Shown here one piece after another: positions 1 to 61,815 of a stretch of 64,000 bases of DNA; positions within the stretch are counted from its first letter, which is position 1, and every line of letters begins with the position of its first letter. The notes beneath the pieces are model-generated. The model did no database searches. It saw nothing but the letters and a program-made list of their open reading frames with translations, and had not been told where the DNA came from. Source of the stretch: Lama glama (lineage: Eukaryota). The DNA is taken from NCBI GenBank assembly GCA_028534125.1, contig CM052831.1, positions 21,762,001-21,826,000 of the forward strand, read 5' to 3'. The position numbers and the translations under genes were made by a program.

Positions 1-51
1 CATCACATAGAGAGGATCAAGTTTGCTTTTTATGAACAATTTGCCAACTGA
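1..51 (+). CDS. SFMBT1: C-terminal end of Scm-like with four MBT domains protein 1 (end of SAM domain; partial last coding exon)
   Basis: Frame 1 reads HHIERIKFAFYEQFAN*, matching the recalled SFMBT1 C-terminus (...KLCHHIERIKFAFYEQFAN). SFMBT1 is the known same-strand upstream neighbour of STIMATE. Confidence 0.93.
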   Translation, partial: HHIERIKFAFYEQFAN

Positions 52-3000
52 GAAAGACAACCAAAGTGGGCTGTATCTTTGAAGCACAAATGCAGCGTAT
101 CCTTTGCTCTGCATTACAAGTGGAGCTGAAATAGTCCTGGGGCTCTGGGCCCTGCAGGTGTCGGCTTGCTCTCTTTGCACTTTCAGGGAAGGAGGACCCA
201 CACTGAGGAAGCAAAAACTGCACAGAAGTGCTCTCCTGCCAGTGAAAATGTGGGCATCTCTTGTTCAGCAGATTGCAGTTTAAAAAAAATAAAGATTGTG
301 AAGAAGAGACTCATATAAGAAGAATACACATTTCCACTGGTGTGGCCTGAAAAATGAATAATCTAGGCTGCTGGAAAACACCCTTCTGGTTTTCTTTTTG
401 TTCTTTCTGTTCCTTCCCATTGTAGATTGAACTTTGTTCTCTGCTTTCTCTTTCTTGGAAAGAGAGGACATAGCTTTAAGTCAGCACTGATTGGGGACTG
501 AGCCTAAGGCACATCAGTGCTTCACTGTCATTGTGTTTTTAAACTTTTTAAAATTAAAACAGTTCATTTTGGGGATGATTATGTGGCTCTAGGGTTTTGA
601 ATGTACAGTCACACTTTGATCCATTTTAAAATCTATTCTTAGTTCCTTTGTTTTACTACCTCTGTTGATAATTGAGCTTACAGCCATATATGAGGTTTTT
701 TGTATGATACCATTTTTAAACTACATGAACACTAAAACTATGACAGAAGTTGGAGGGGGGGAAAAAACACTGCTTTCTTAGAAGCATTGTGTGACACTTA
801 TACCAGTTCCTTAACTGATCTGATCTAAGAACTCTGTCATTGTTTTCCATCTTGACCTCAGCTTGGGCTACCTGTTGCAAGTAGTATCACAAAGATGGTT
901 GCTATTTCAGTTGAAATGCTCTCTTCCCATTAGTTCTCAGAGAGACTTCGGTCGCTTTTCTTTTTGTTTGCTTTTTTCTACAGTTGTTTGTCTACTTTCA
1001 TTCTGAGAGTCCTCATGCTGGTTAAAAATCAGCAGGTGTTCCCTGGACCCACAGGAAAGCCCATTTCCCCTTCTTTCGTGGTGTCTCCAGGCAGATAGTT
1101 TAGAAGCACAACAGAGAAAATGTATTTTGGGGGTGATGTAGAGCATCAGGTTTCTGTGACGGTGTGTCCTCAGTGGCTGGGTGAAGATTAAAAGGTGGTT
1201 AGGATTCTAGAAATGTCTTTGCCTAGTCATGTGGACACTTTTCTTTGGTCAAACCTTTAGATCGAATGTAATCTACAGTCAATTCCCACTTACTAACTTG
1301 CTTTTCTTTTAGGTGTTTCTTTTAACCCAGCTCAAGTTGACATTAAACTGCAGATGAATTTTCACTTATGATTGCACTGCTAGCTACTATAGAGCGACAG
1401 CATTTGCTGTACTGTTCCAGCCATGGGGAATGAGGAAAGATACATACATAGGGGGTTCCTTTAAATGGTTTGCTTTGCTGAGTGGTGGTTTTTTTTGTTT
1501 TTTGTTTTTTTTGTTGTTGTTTTTAATTATCCTAGTCATTTAACCAGTCATTCCTCTTCAAGATTTGAAAATGTTTTAAAATCACAAACTGGGTAAATGC
1601 TAAACAGCTATACAAATATAAGGTAATATTACAAATTTAAACTGATGGTGATTTCTTTCCTTTTTTCCCTCCCCCACCCCACCTGTTTTTCTAGACCTTG
1701 TCAGACATTCTGTAGCCTGAATCCTCTCTTCATTCGACAATTTATGAACCATCTTAACTCAAGCCCTCCAACCAAACCATGTATTAACACATCAACTCTT
1801 TGCCTAGATTACTACCAGATATACCTGGAAATAAGCTTCATTTAAGTAAAAGTTAATATGTTTGAACTCATCAGAGAGCCAGGTTTTAAATTTTTGATTG
1901 AATCTATGCCCATGGGAGAGAAGCATATATAAGATACTTGGAAACAGTTAGCACTAAGTAGACAGAGGGGCAGATCTTGCATAGTAATATTTCCTGAGAG
2001 CTTAGCAGTGAAGGCACTAAGGCAAATAGTTCCTTAAAGATCAGTGGAACGAAAAACACCGGGAATTAGTTAACATTGTTTTCTTATTTAAGAAAATGAG
2101 ATTTTTTTTCTAAGAGGGTATTTATCAAATGCAACACTGAATATGATACATTGTCTCTCTCTTGACTTCTTCAGAAACCATAGAATTTAGAACACCTCCT
2201 TTCACAGGTGAGGGGGGCAAAGCCCCTGAAAGGTGAAACACACAGCCCTAAGTAGTAGTCTCTGATCAGGTAGAATCAGGCCCGACTATGATTATTCAAG
2301 CTCAGCTTTCTCCTAGAGAGAATGACTCTAAATTGGACAGATGATTAGGGTTTCCCTTAATAATATTTCCTGCATTCTCATACCAAGCTAATAGTTTATT
2401 AGGTAACTACATTAAAAAAGTACATACCCCCAGCTCCTACTCCCAGATGTCACATAAAAGAGGATAATTGAGAGTTTGGCATAAGGCATTTTTTTTTTAA
2501 GTATAAAATTTAGACTCCATTCACCTCATCATGTTTCTGGGGCTGGACTGCACAGCAGTGACAGGCTGAATCTTGTGATTCTGAAACAGATTTTAAGCCT
2601 GATAATAGCTCACCATGTTGGGGTAAAATTGTATGTTGCACATAGGTACATGAGATTGTTTTTCAAAGATATCAGCCTCTTAAATTTATAAGAGGTACAT
2701 TGTAAGGGACTGCTTTTGTCTAAATTTCACCTTCAGCTGGCCCCTAAGGTCAAAGTTTTCCATAATCCATTTTTGATTCTGGATTGACAAGCTTGGAAAC
2801 AGGTGACTGGGTTATATCATCCTCCTGGACCTTAAAGTTGCCTGACCAGTATAAGCCTACTGCTTAGTGTTAATGTGTTAAGGAAACCTTTTATTGTACG
2901 TGAAGATTTGCCATGACATTTTGACTATTTTGTGGGCTTGTGGGAATTATGCTATTTTCCTTTATAAACTACTTTCATCCCTCTTGTTTGAAGAAGAGTT

Positions 3001-5560
3001 GAGGAGGCTAATGCAGAGAATGTGTTAATGGGGGCTTTTATCCTAAATGCCTTTGTTTAGTGATGTAGGTGGCTCCTAGCATCTACATTATAGATATGAG
3101 GTCAGGGAAGGGTAGTTACCAACCTCTGGAAGAGATGGGCTTCTTGGGTAAATGTATTGAATTATGATAGAGGCAGACATAGAACAGTTCAAAACTTGGC
3201 CTGTACATGCTGCTTCTCCTGGAAGTAAAATTCTCACTGTGAGAGAGAGGACATTGGACCAAAGCTTCCTGAGGACTTGAATACATTTTACTTGTTCTCT
3301 TACACTGATTCGGTCACTGATACGGTACCTGAATACAGAGTAAAGCCTTTAGGAGGCCCTAGGTTGAATAGGACTCAGAACCATCCCCCTCACTCAAGCC
3401 AAAAAGTATTTCTGGGTGATGTACAGAACATCAGGGAATTGTAGGTAAGGTTTATCTAAATGGGGACATTGGGAAAACTATCGTAGTAGGCACTTACATT
3501 TACTTGGCATCTATCACCAAAGACTATTGATATTTAAGTCACCATGTGCTGGTTTGATTGATGCCCACAGATGCTCTGAGAAAGTTGTTAGGAGCATAGC
3601 CTCAGCAGTGAAAATACACACTGGGTTTGAAGTCTGGTCCTGTATATTGGGGATGGTGTGTGTGTGTAAGTTCAAAAGTAGTCTGTGTTATCAGTTGGCC
3701 TTACGAAATTGGAGGAGAAGGCATCACTAACAAATGGAAGTATAAGTCTTGGAGGGGACTGGGTTCCCCCTTTAAAAATGTGAATGTCTGATCCTGCATC
3801 CACTGTAAGTAACCATGTGACATGCATGGTGCTGGCTCAGAAACCCTGTAGGACAGAGCCTCCTGCAAAAACAAAAAGAAATCAGTCACTTGCACACAAG
3901 TATAATTCTTCCTTGACTTTATTCACCTTACAATGTTTTGCTAGTGAATTTTGATGATCCCCAGCCATTGTATGAGAATGTGCATACTTTGGAAATTTGA
4001 ATTTATCTAAATAAGTTATCCGGGGACTTGGAGCTTTGGCAGAAGAGTTCTAAACTCCAAGCCCAGTCCAAGCAGATCTAGTTCCAAGCCTGCTGACCTG
4101 GGGTTTCCTCTGCACTTGTTCCAGGTTACACAGGTAGTTCTGTTCCTGAGGGCAGCCTTAGGAGTGAAGTTACAGAAGGTGGTAGGCCATAAGTGCACTG
4201 GAGGTTGATTTGACTTTCTTGGTTCTGGTGTTTCCAAAATCTTAGATTTTCACAAGAGTCAGCAAAACCTCGAGTGAGGGTTGGGAGGATGGAGAAGTAA
4301 GCTTAAAACTCCCTTCCTTTGTGTCTTTTCTGACTTGACACACCATTTGGTTCCATCCTGGTGTCATAATCTATCACAGAGGACTGTCTTAAAAGGGAAA
4401 GAAGCCACAGCCTTGCTGGACACATCTTTTTAACACCAGCAGTTAAGTGTGGACCTGGAGCCCTGGGAGACAATGGTGTCGGACTATCTCTGGAGTCAGC
4501 TGATGATGCTGGCTAGTGAAATGAAGCTCCCATTTCTAATGGGGGTGCCTATTCTCAGGATGTGTGGAAACGCAGTCCTAAGTGTTTCTTCATGTCTTAG
4601 TTAATCTAACTGCATGCCTAGCTTGGCAGAATGCACATGGGCAAATGGTGTTGAAAGGATGAGGGTAGGTCTTTTGGGCAAATCAAGTTACAAAGCGGAT
4701 GACTGGGGGAGGTTACAAAGTTAAAACTGGGCAGTTCCTTAGCTCATTTTGCAAGAAGTCTCTAGGGAAGTGTAGTTTGAATGTTTCTCTTGAGATTTTA
4801 AAATGTGCATTTCTTTTCCTCTTCTTTTCTTCCTTTTTTTTTTTTTGGTTGAATATTCTAAAGACAATCAGGCCTGCCAGGGCAAGACTTCTGGCTGGTT
4901 CCAGCACTGTCCTTGGGCCTTTTTCTGATACTAGCTTCTTGGAACTGATGCACTTTGTTTAATGTGTGTTGTCCTTTTTTTTTTTTTTTTTTTTAGCTGC
5001 TTGTTTGGGACAAAATGAAATGCATATTGCATTGTATCCCCCCTGCTTGCTGTTTTTCTCTTAATTTTAAAAGTTATGCATTGAGGATAAAGTATACTTA
5101 AGGAGAAACATACACAAGAATACCTATTAAAATAACTTCCATCAAGTTTGATTATATAACTTCTAAGGATTAAAAAAAATATTTTGGATGAATATTTTGT
5201 TTAGGCCTTAGGATTCCTCCATATCTGGATGTGCAGAGCACTGCTTTGTCAAAAAATTCATTTTTTAGTTCTGTGTGCAATTTTCCTTGAACTGTCTGTG
5301 TCTTCAAGCAATTAATAATCTCCTTATGCCCAGCCAATCTCTTCTGCTTTAAGTACATATCCTCTTGTTTGATTCTCCCCGAACGTGGACTGTAACTGTT
5401 GAGCATACCCATAAGGGACCTTCTTAGATTTAAAGATAGTAAAGCAATTTTCCCTTACCTATTTATTTTCTAAACTTGATTTTCTGTATTTTCCCATGGT
5501 CAATACTTGTGGAGAGTTTTAAATTTTTATAAATTAAACATTAATTTAATTTAAAAAGCA
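52..5560 (+). other. SFMBT1: SFMBT1 3' UTR (extent uncertain; candidate ends near ~1640 and ~5560)
   Basis: AT/U-rich, repeat-poor sequence after the stop. Variant signals: AATATA 1615-1620, and ATTAAA 5533-5538 followed ~20 nt later by CA and TTTTGTTG. Confidence 0.55.
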
Positions 5561-5564
5561 TTTT

Positions 5565-5860
5565 GTTGCATGCTCTCTGTGCCCAGCACTATGTTGGATT
5601 CAAGGGTGAATAAAAATCAGTTCCTTCCCTCAGAAGGCTCACACACAGCTGGGAGAGAGAGGTATGTATGCCCGTCTAATTTAGCAGTCTGAAAAGTCCT
5701 AGTGGAACAGCACACAAGGTAATGTGGATGCACGGTGGGGAGAGGGAGGTCAGGCAGGTCTTGAGGCATGAGTAGCAGTTCACAGAGTAGGAAAAAGGGA
5801 ACAGCATTCCATGCAGCTAGAATGCCACATAAAGGCACAGAAGCATGGAAGGTGTGTTAT
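5565..5860 (-). mobile_element. L2 LINE 3' fragment (ancient)
   Basis: Resembles the reverse complement of the L2 3' end (tgtgcccagcactatg...gtgaataa...ttccctcagaaggctcaca...ctgggagag). Boundaries approximate. Confidence 0.55.
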
Positions 5861-6668
5861 AAGAGAACTGCTGGAGAATTGGCTCCAGGGAACCAATAGC
5901 ATTTTTGTTCTCCTGATAATCAAGTTAATATTTCTTGGTTAATGAAACCTTTTGGATAGCATTTAACCCTTTTATGTAGTTGGAATTTCTTTTTATAATT
6001 GGAATTTCTTGGTGGTTATCTTTAGGAAAAATTTCCTTGGATTTGGTATTTATTATACAACAAATGTATCCCAGTGTCTACTGGAATAATAAATACCGTG
6101 AGGGCACCGGCATTAAGTGGATGCTGCAGTAAGGTCAGGAGCTTGAGGGCACCAACAAAAGATGTCTGGAGAGGATGCTGAGAGGGTAGATGACAGAATG
6201 GGGACTAGCGGCCACGGTAGAGGCAGAGAGCAGGTTCCAAGGAGTGAGAAAGGGTTAGGTGGGAGTAAATTGTGTGTGAAGGGAAGGAGGCTCTGGAGAC
6301 TGATACCAAGAACTTGGTTTTCTTTTATAAATCATGTTCAAAATGAACGAGATGGGGATATGTTAACATATTTACAGTATAAACCCTGTATATTTTGAAG
6401 TGAAGGCGACTGAATTGAAATATCCGTTTAAATTAGGCTTAGTAGGGGAAAAGTCCATTAGGGGCCTGATTAATGATTCTAAGATAAATAAGTCTTTGGC
6501 CAGGATATTAGTACTAACAAGGAAAGTACAAGGACGTCAAACGTCTGGATTAGAAGGAATCTGTGTGCAGATTGTTTTCCTCAACGACCTGCTTCAGAGA
6601 AATCCAGGCTTATTGCCGAAAATGCAGACTATTGGCCACCGACTCAAAACAACTGATTTGGAATCTGA

Positions 6669-54861
<48,193 letters not shown>

Positions 54862-55484
54862 CGCATTCCCAAACCGGGGTTGGGTCGGCAGAGGGTCGCT
54901 CCACTGCGTCCCTCCTCCCCTTCTCTCTCTGCCCCCTTCTACCTCCTCTCCTCTCGCTGTCTCCGCCTGCCCCCAGACTGCTGTGACTTGCGAGGGAGGA
55001 TGCCAGCCGGGCCTTGGCAGCTGGAGGTCCCCACGTTGCACTACAAACACTGACCAAATATGCAAGCGAGGCGTGTTGTTTGTTTGTTGTCGTCTGAGCG
55101 GTGTTGTGAGGGACCCAGAATCCCTGTCCTGCGTCCTGCGTCCTGCTGGGTGGCCTCGAGGAGGAAAACTCTTGTGCACACAACCAGTGGGTGGAGCCTT
55201 GCCTTTCGGGGGAGTGTGAAGACATAACGTGTTTGGGGCTAAACGTTACTCATTGACCAAGTTGGAACCGCGACGCTTTCTTAATCAAAATGGCTTTTGT
55301 AACTATTGATTTCTATAGCAGGTTTTATGAGCTGTCACAGTGTTAATGTTTTTTGAGTATGTGTTTATTTCCTATGGGACTAATGGCAAAACATAGATTT
55401 TTAAGTCTTCCGTATGCTGTTGACTTTTATATTTTTAAGTTATATTTTCATACTATTGTATTTAAAAACTCTTTTTAATCCCCA

Positions 55485-55490
55485 AATAAA
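55485..55490 (+). terminator. STIMATE: STIMATE proximal polyadenylation signal
   Basis: AATAAA preceded by a U-rich tract with TGTA and followed by GU/U-rich sequence. Confidence 0.75.
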
Positions 55491-58401
55491 TGGGTTTGTT
55501 TGCCTTTCATGGGACATGGACTGGTGGGAGGAAAAAGTCGGGAGTCTTTTATTTGGAACACTGTTAGGTAATCTGTAATCAGATGAGGTAAAATGATTCC
55601 GGTAGGAAGGGAAATGGGTCCTGTCTGATCTCAGCAAACCCAGTGGTTCCGCGAAGGTCAGGCCTGAGCAGGAGGCAGCTGGTCTGGATGTAGATTCAGG
55701 GGCCTTGTGTGTGTGGAACAGGAAGGGCCCTGCCCAGGACCCAGCAGCTCCTTGGCATTTCTGCTGGCAGGTTAGAAGTCTTAGTTAAATGTGACCAAGA
55801 AAGGAGTGTGAGAGGACGTTGTTGAGTCCGGAGAAATGGACATTCCAAGGCCACTCTTGTTTGTCCCCCTCCCCGCCGCCTCTCTTCAGAGCCTCCAAAT
55901 CTGAGTTTAAAACGCAGCCTGGGCCTCCTCGCCTCCCACTGGTGCAGCCTTCAGAACTGGGCTCTGAACCCAGCTCCGGGGACCTCCTCTCTGGCTCCCC
56001 AGTGCCTGTCATTCTAGTGTCATTGACTTGTTTTGGGCAACAGTCTAGAGATTGCCTTCCTGACCAAGTGATCCTGTTTTTCACAGCCTCCAAAGTTGCG
56101 GGGTGGCTGGTGGTGGAGGTGAGAGAGCTCACGCTCTGCGCCTATAGGCAGGACGAGGTGCATCTAAGCTTGTACTCCCATTCCTCAGCGTGGGCACAGG
56201 CCCCAGTCACTTTGGGAATCTACTGCCCGGCCATGGAGAGGGCTGACCCAGGGACTTGCCCTGCTGTGGTGGAGCAGCCCAGTGTTTTGTCCCAGCCCAG
56301 AGGCAGCCATGGAAGTTTAGGAATAGAAAACTGTACCACTAAGGTGCAAGCTGGAAGTGAGACCAGTGCAGGGAGGCCACACCACCCAGAACCTTCTTGT
56401 TAGACCTCCAGGAAAAGATGTCCTACTCAAGCAGATTGGGTCTGAGTTGTGGCATGTGAGCCATGCTGTTGAACCAGGCACCCTGGGTTTGTCCGCTGCC
56501 TCCTGCAGTCCCTCCTGTCTGGGACATAGGGCACAAGCCTTGAGGAGGCCTTCCCAGCCCATCTTCTTCAAGGAGTCCAGAAGCAGGGGTGCTGAGAGGA
56601 GCTGGGACCTGAACGGCTGTGGGAGGTGACTCTGCTGGGTTAGGCATCTGCAGCCGGAGGGGAGAGGCGAGGCCAGGCCAGGCAAGGCGGCTTGTGAGAT
56701 GGGAGCCTGTTTATGCTCTCATTTTGTGCTCTTCCCTTACCCCACCCTCGGCCGCTCCCACCAATGAAGACCAGGGGCACAGGCCCCTGTCACTTGGGTC
56801 CTGGTGGATGACAGGCATCACTGACTTACCTTAACTTTGCCCTCCTGTTTCATTTTGAACAACCTGTGGCTGCAGCTGTTTCCTATACCTCGCTGAGCCC
56901 AGAATCAGAGCTTCACTTTCAGTCTTGAGCTCCTAATGTTTCCAAACCAAGGCCTGCAGTGTAGGGGAGCCATTGTCTGTGAAGGCAGGAAACTGGGTTA
57001 TGCAGACCCCAGAGGATCTCCTCGTCTCAAGGCTTGTCTTGGCACCTGCTGGGTAGTGGGTTTCGGCAACAAAGAAGTAGCCAGTGAGTGATGGTTTCTC
57101 CCTGTATCCTGATTTTCTAAGGGCTTTGGTTTCTGGGCCGTAGTTGTGCAGTTAACCAATAGGGCATGGATGATGTCTGATCACACAAGGCCTTATTGGT
57201 GTGTGGGCCTGGACGGTCTGGCCTCACGGGTGTGGCCTTACCCTCCTCCTGACATGCACGCACAAACACACACACAGAGTTTGTATTCCCTAGGAGTGGC
57301 TCCTGCAGTTTCTGAGGGCTTTTCTGTGGTACACTGTCCCAGTACAGAGCAGATGCAGAGGGCCATGGTCAGGACTTCCTTCTGAGCTGTCCTCCCTCCC
57401 TGGGATGAGTTTTCTCACCACCTGCTCCAAGGTGCCTTAAGAGGGGCAGCTCCTCACCCAGCCACATGGCAAGTATCACTGTGCTTGAGAAACCACAGAA
57501 TACCAGCTGGGTACTGTGTGCCATCTGACTGATTTGTCCAACTCTGGGCCTCAGCCAAGCCACCCATCATGGAAACTTGTAAGTCAAGGTCATGAACAAG
57601 TTTCTTGTAACTAATGGAAATAACTCAGTGAGGTAGAACTGCCGTATCTGAATGAAGAGATCGTGGTTGCTCCTTTTTCCTTTCATTGCCAGTAGATTGT
57701 TGACAGTGGCAAGGAGGATGTTGGTGAGATCCTGGGCAGCAGTGACTTCTTGGTCCACTGAGCCCGAAGACCTGCCATGTGAAGGCCTGTGGCCCATCAG
57801 TCAGCACACAGGGGGGCCTCCTGCCTCAAGCTTTAACCTGGAACAAGGCATCATGGGTTCGTGTTGCCCTGTCATGCCTTCAAAGGGAAACTATATAAAG
57901 GCTCAAATCCAATTGTATCTTCCCCTAGGCAGTGTGGGCCTGGAGGCTGCAGCCCAGAGTCCCAACTGAAGGCTGCCCCAGGAGCCTGGAGGAAGCAGCA
58001 GGCTGGACTTCACTGGCCTTTTTGCAGCCAGGCCAATGTAAATGGCTCTGGGAACCTGCTGTCAGCCAGAGCAATACCTTTTGGGGTGCAGGGCTGCCTT
58101 TAGTAGCTTCACATGCTCCCAACTAGGAGTGGAGAGCTCTCTGCTTTATCCTGTGGAACACAGGCAGCTCTGAAGGGCTTTACTCTCGGGGAGGGACCTT
58201 GAACTCCTGAGTGGGTGGGTGGGTTGGTTTAATTTGATTTCTCCTGTGAAGTTTATTAGAAGTCAGACCAATGTGAGCAAACCATGGCCTGTTTCCACTG
58301 CCCTCCCCACGGGGGCGGTTCATTAGTGGTGTTACAATGCACAGAAACACATTTTTGGAATGAAAGGGAAGACGATGTACTCACATTGTAAAATGGTTTA
58401 C

Positions 58402-58407
58402 AATAAA
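58402..58407 (+). terminator. STIMATE: STIMATE distal polyadenylation signal
   Basis: AATAAA with two upstream TGTA motifs and a strong GU-rich downstream element (ttttgtggttgttggttgtgtgttctgtg, ~58450-58478). Confidence 0.75.
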
Positions 58408-60160
58408 GTTTGACATCTTATTACAGTTTTTTAAAAAAGAAACCGTCACTTTTGTGGTTGTTGGTTGTGTGTTCTGTGGGGTTGCACCCAAGCTTAGTGA
58501 GATGAAGATGTCCCCAGTGAGTTAGAAGGTTCTCCCCAGAAAACAGTGAGAATAAACTTGCATTGCCTCAAGGCAGATGTGGGAGCCAAAATCTGCCAAG
58601 GGAAAAAATGCGAACATACTCTGGCCATTTCTACTTCCCAGCTAACTCAAGTGAAAACTACTCTACCTCCCCTTGAGGAGCAGGAGGTGCTGGAGAGATG
58701 GAGTGTGGGGAGTAAACACCCCACATCCTTGTTCCTGAGGCCATGTTGCTGGAAGGCAGGAGCCTCGCTGGGCAGAGCGGCTGTGGAGCAGAGCTGGAGC
58801 ACCGGGAGCCGGCAGCAGGGTCCTCACAGGCCGGGCCTGTCCTCAGTGCCTCTTGGCCCCTGTTCGGGGCCCTGGGTTTGTGCCCGCGGCTCTCCTAAGG
58901 CATTCCTCATGTCAGCACTTGTCTCAGATGGAGCCTGGCAGGCCTCGTGTTGGCCTCCTGGGGCCAGGACTGGGCGGGGGTGGGGGGGGTTGAGGTAGGA
59001 TGAGGTCTGACAGCAATGGAGTGGCGTTTCAGATAACCCAGCGTCAGTGCCTGGTTGGGTTCTGTCTGCCTGGAGCCTTCAAGGATAAAAATACTCTCCA
59101 TCACAAACTGACAAGGAGCTTGGGCATGTCTGATCCAGCGGAGTTGGCCCTGACCTTCTGCCCACGTCCACTCCCACACCCGCCGCAGGCTGTGGATGCC
59201 ATGTGCCCTGAGGTCCTTCTCTTCAAGGATGGGGTGTTAGGAGCTAGCAGAGGAGTGCTGACTGACCTTCAGGGAGCCTGTCCCTCCACCCACAGCTCAG
59301 TGCCTGGAGTGGGCTTCACTTTCGCCCTCCCTCTCACCACCTAAATGTCCTCAGGCTAGGCGCCCTTCGGTGACCTTGTCTCAGTTGGCAGCTCTGTGCT
59401 GTTTCCTGCCTTCATCTCACAGGTATCCTAACCACAACACTTGCTTTCCTCCCAGCCCTTCCTGAGCACTTTGCCTCCTCCTTTGCCCCTTTGTTAAACT
59501 TGCACTGGGAGCCGGACAGAAGGTGAGGGCATCAGCAAAAATACAGCCACAGTCTCTCCACCTGTGGGCCAGGGGCAGTCCTTGAGTCCACTGAAGGCCC
59601 AGCAAGCTGGCCATGAGCATACACTCCCCAGCAGCACAGGAAGCCTCTGCCCTGCTGCTGTGCAGGGCTGGAAAGTCTCCTCTGGAGTCAAGGGAGGGGA
59701 TGGAAGAAAAACAAGCTTGGAGCTGTCCACCCTGGCTCAGGGCCCTCCCTTTCCTTGGGGACACCCCCCCCCACTCTGGGATGGACTGTCACAGATGGAC
59801 AGCTCAGATACCCACACACACATTACAGGACCTCTGTTCATAAACACATCGCTGCCAGTCCGAGCACCTCCCACCTGCAAGACAGCAGCTGTTCTGGCGG
59901 GTACAGGGTCCTCGTAGCTGTCTGCCTCCACCAGGGCCGCAGCCCCCTAAGCAGCAGTGCTCCGTGAGCCCCCATCATCTCCAAGAATAAACTCTGAAGC
60001 CAGCAGCTGCGTGGATCTGAATCATCGTGGAGCTTTTGGCGGAGGGGGGTGACTTCCCAGGACAGGCAAGCGGACTATATAAGCTCCAGAGGGCCAGGCG
60101 CCGCGCAGATCGTGTCCTCAGCTGCTGCCTGCCAGGAAGCGGCTGTCCACAGCACCCACC

Positions 60161-61667
<1,507 letters not shown>

Positions 61668-61809
61668 GAAGTGCCTGCCACCCCCATCACCACCACTGAC
61701 ACCCAGACACAGGACCCTTTCCCAAGAACTCTTTTTTATGCCAGAATGTACCTTCTCACCTGCTGCATCTGGGGCTGCCACCCCTCCCCCACAGCACCTG
61801 GGAAACACC

Positions 61810-61815
61810 AATAAA
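61810..61815 (+). terminator. MUSTN1: MUSTN1 polyadenylation signal
   Basis: AATAAA ~140 nt after the stop, followed by GU-rich gtgtgtgg...gtgttggttgg. Confidence 0.85.

Noticed and set aside
2195-2215. cctcctttcacAG|GTGAGG recursive-splice-like motif
   Set aside because: It sits in the SFMBT1 3' region within MIR-like sequence, and illustrates the chance background for such motifs.
5609-5614. AATAAA as the SFMBT1 poly(A) signal
   Set aside because: It lies within an L2 remnant and lacks a GU-rich downstream element; ATTAAA at 5533 has better context.
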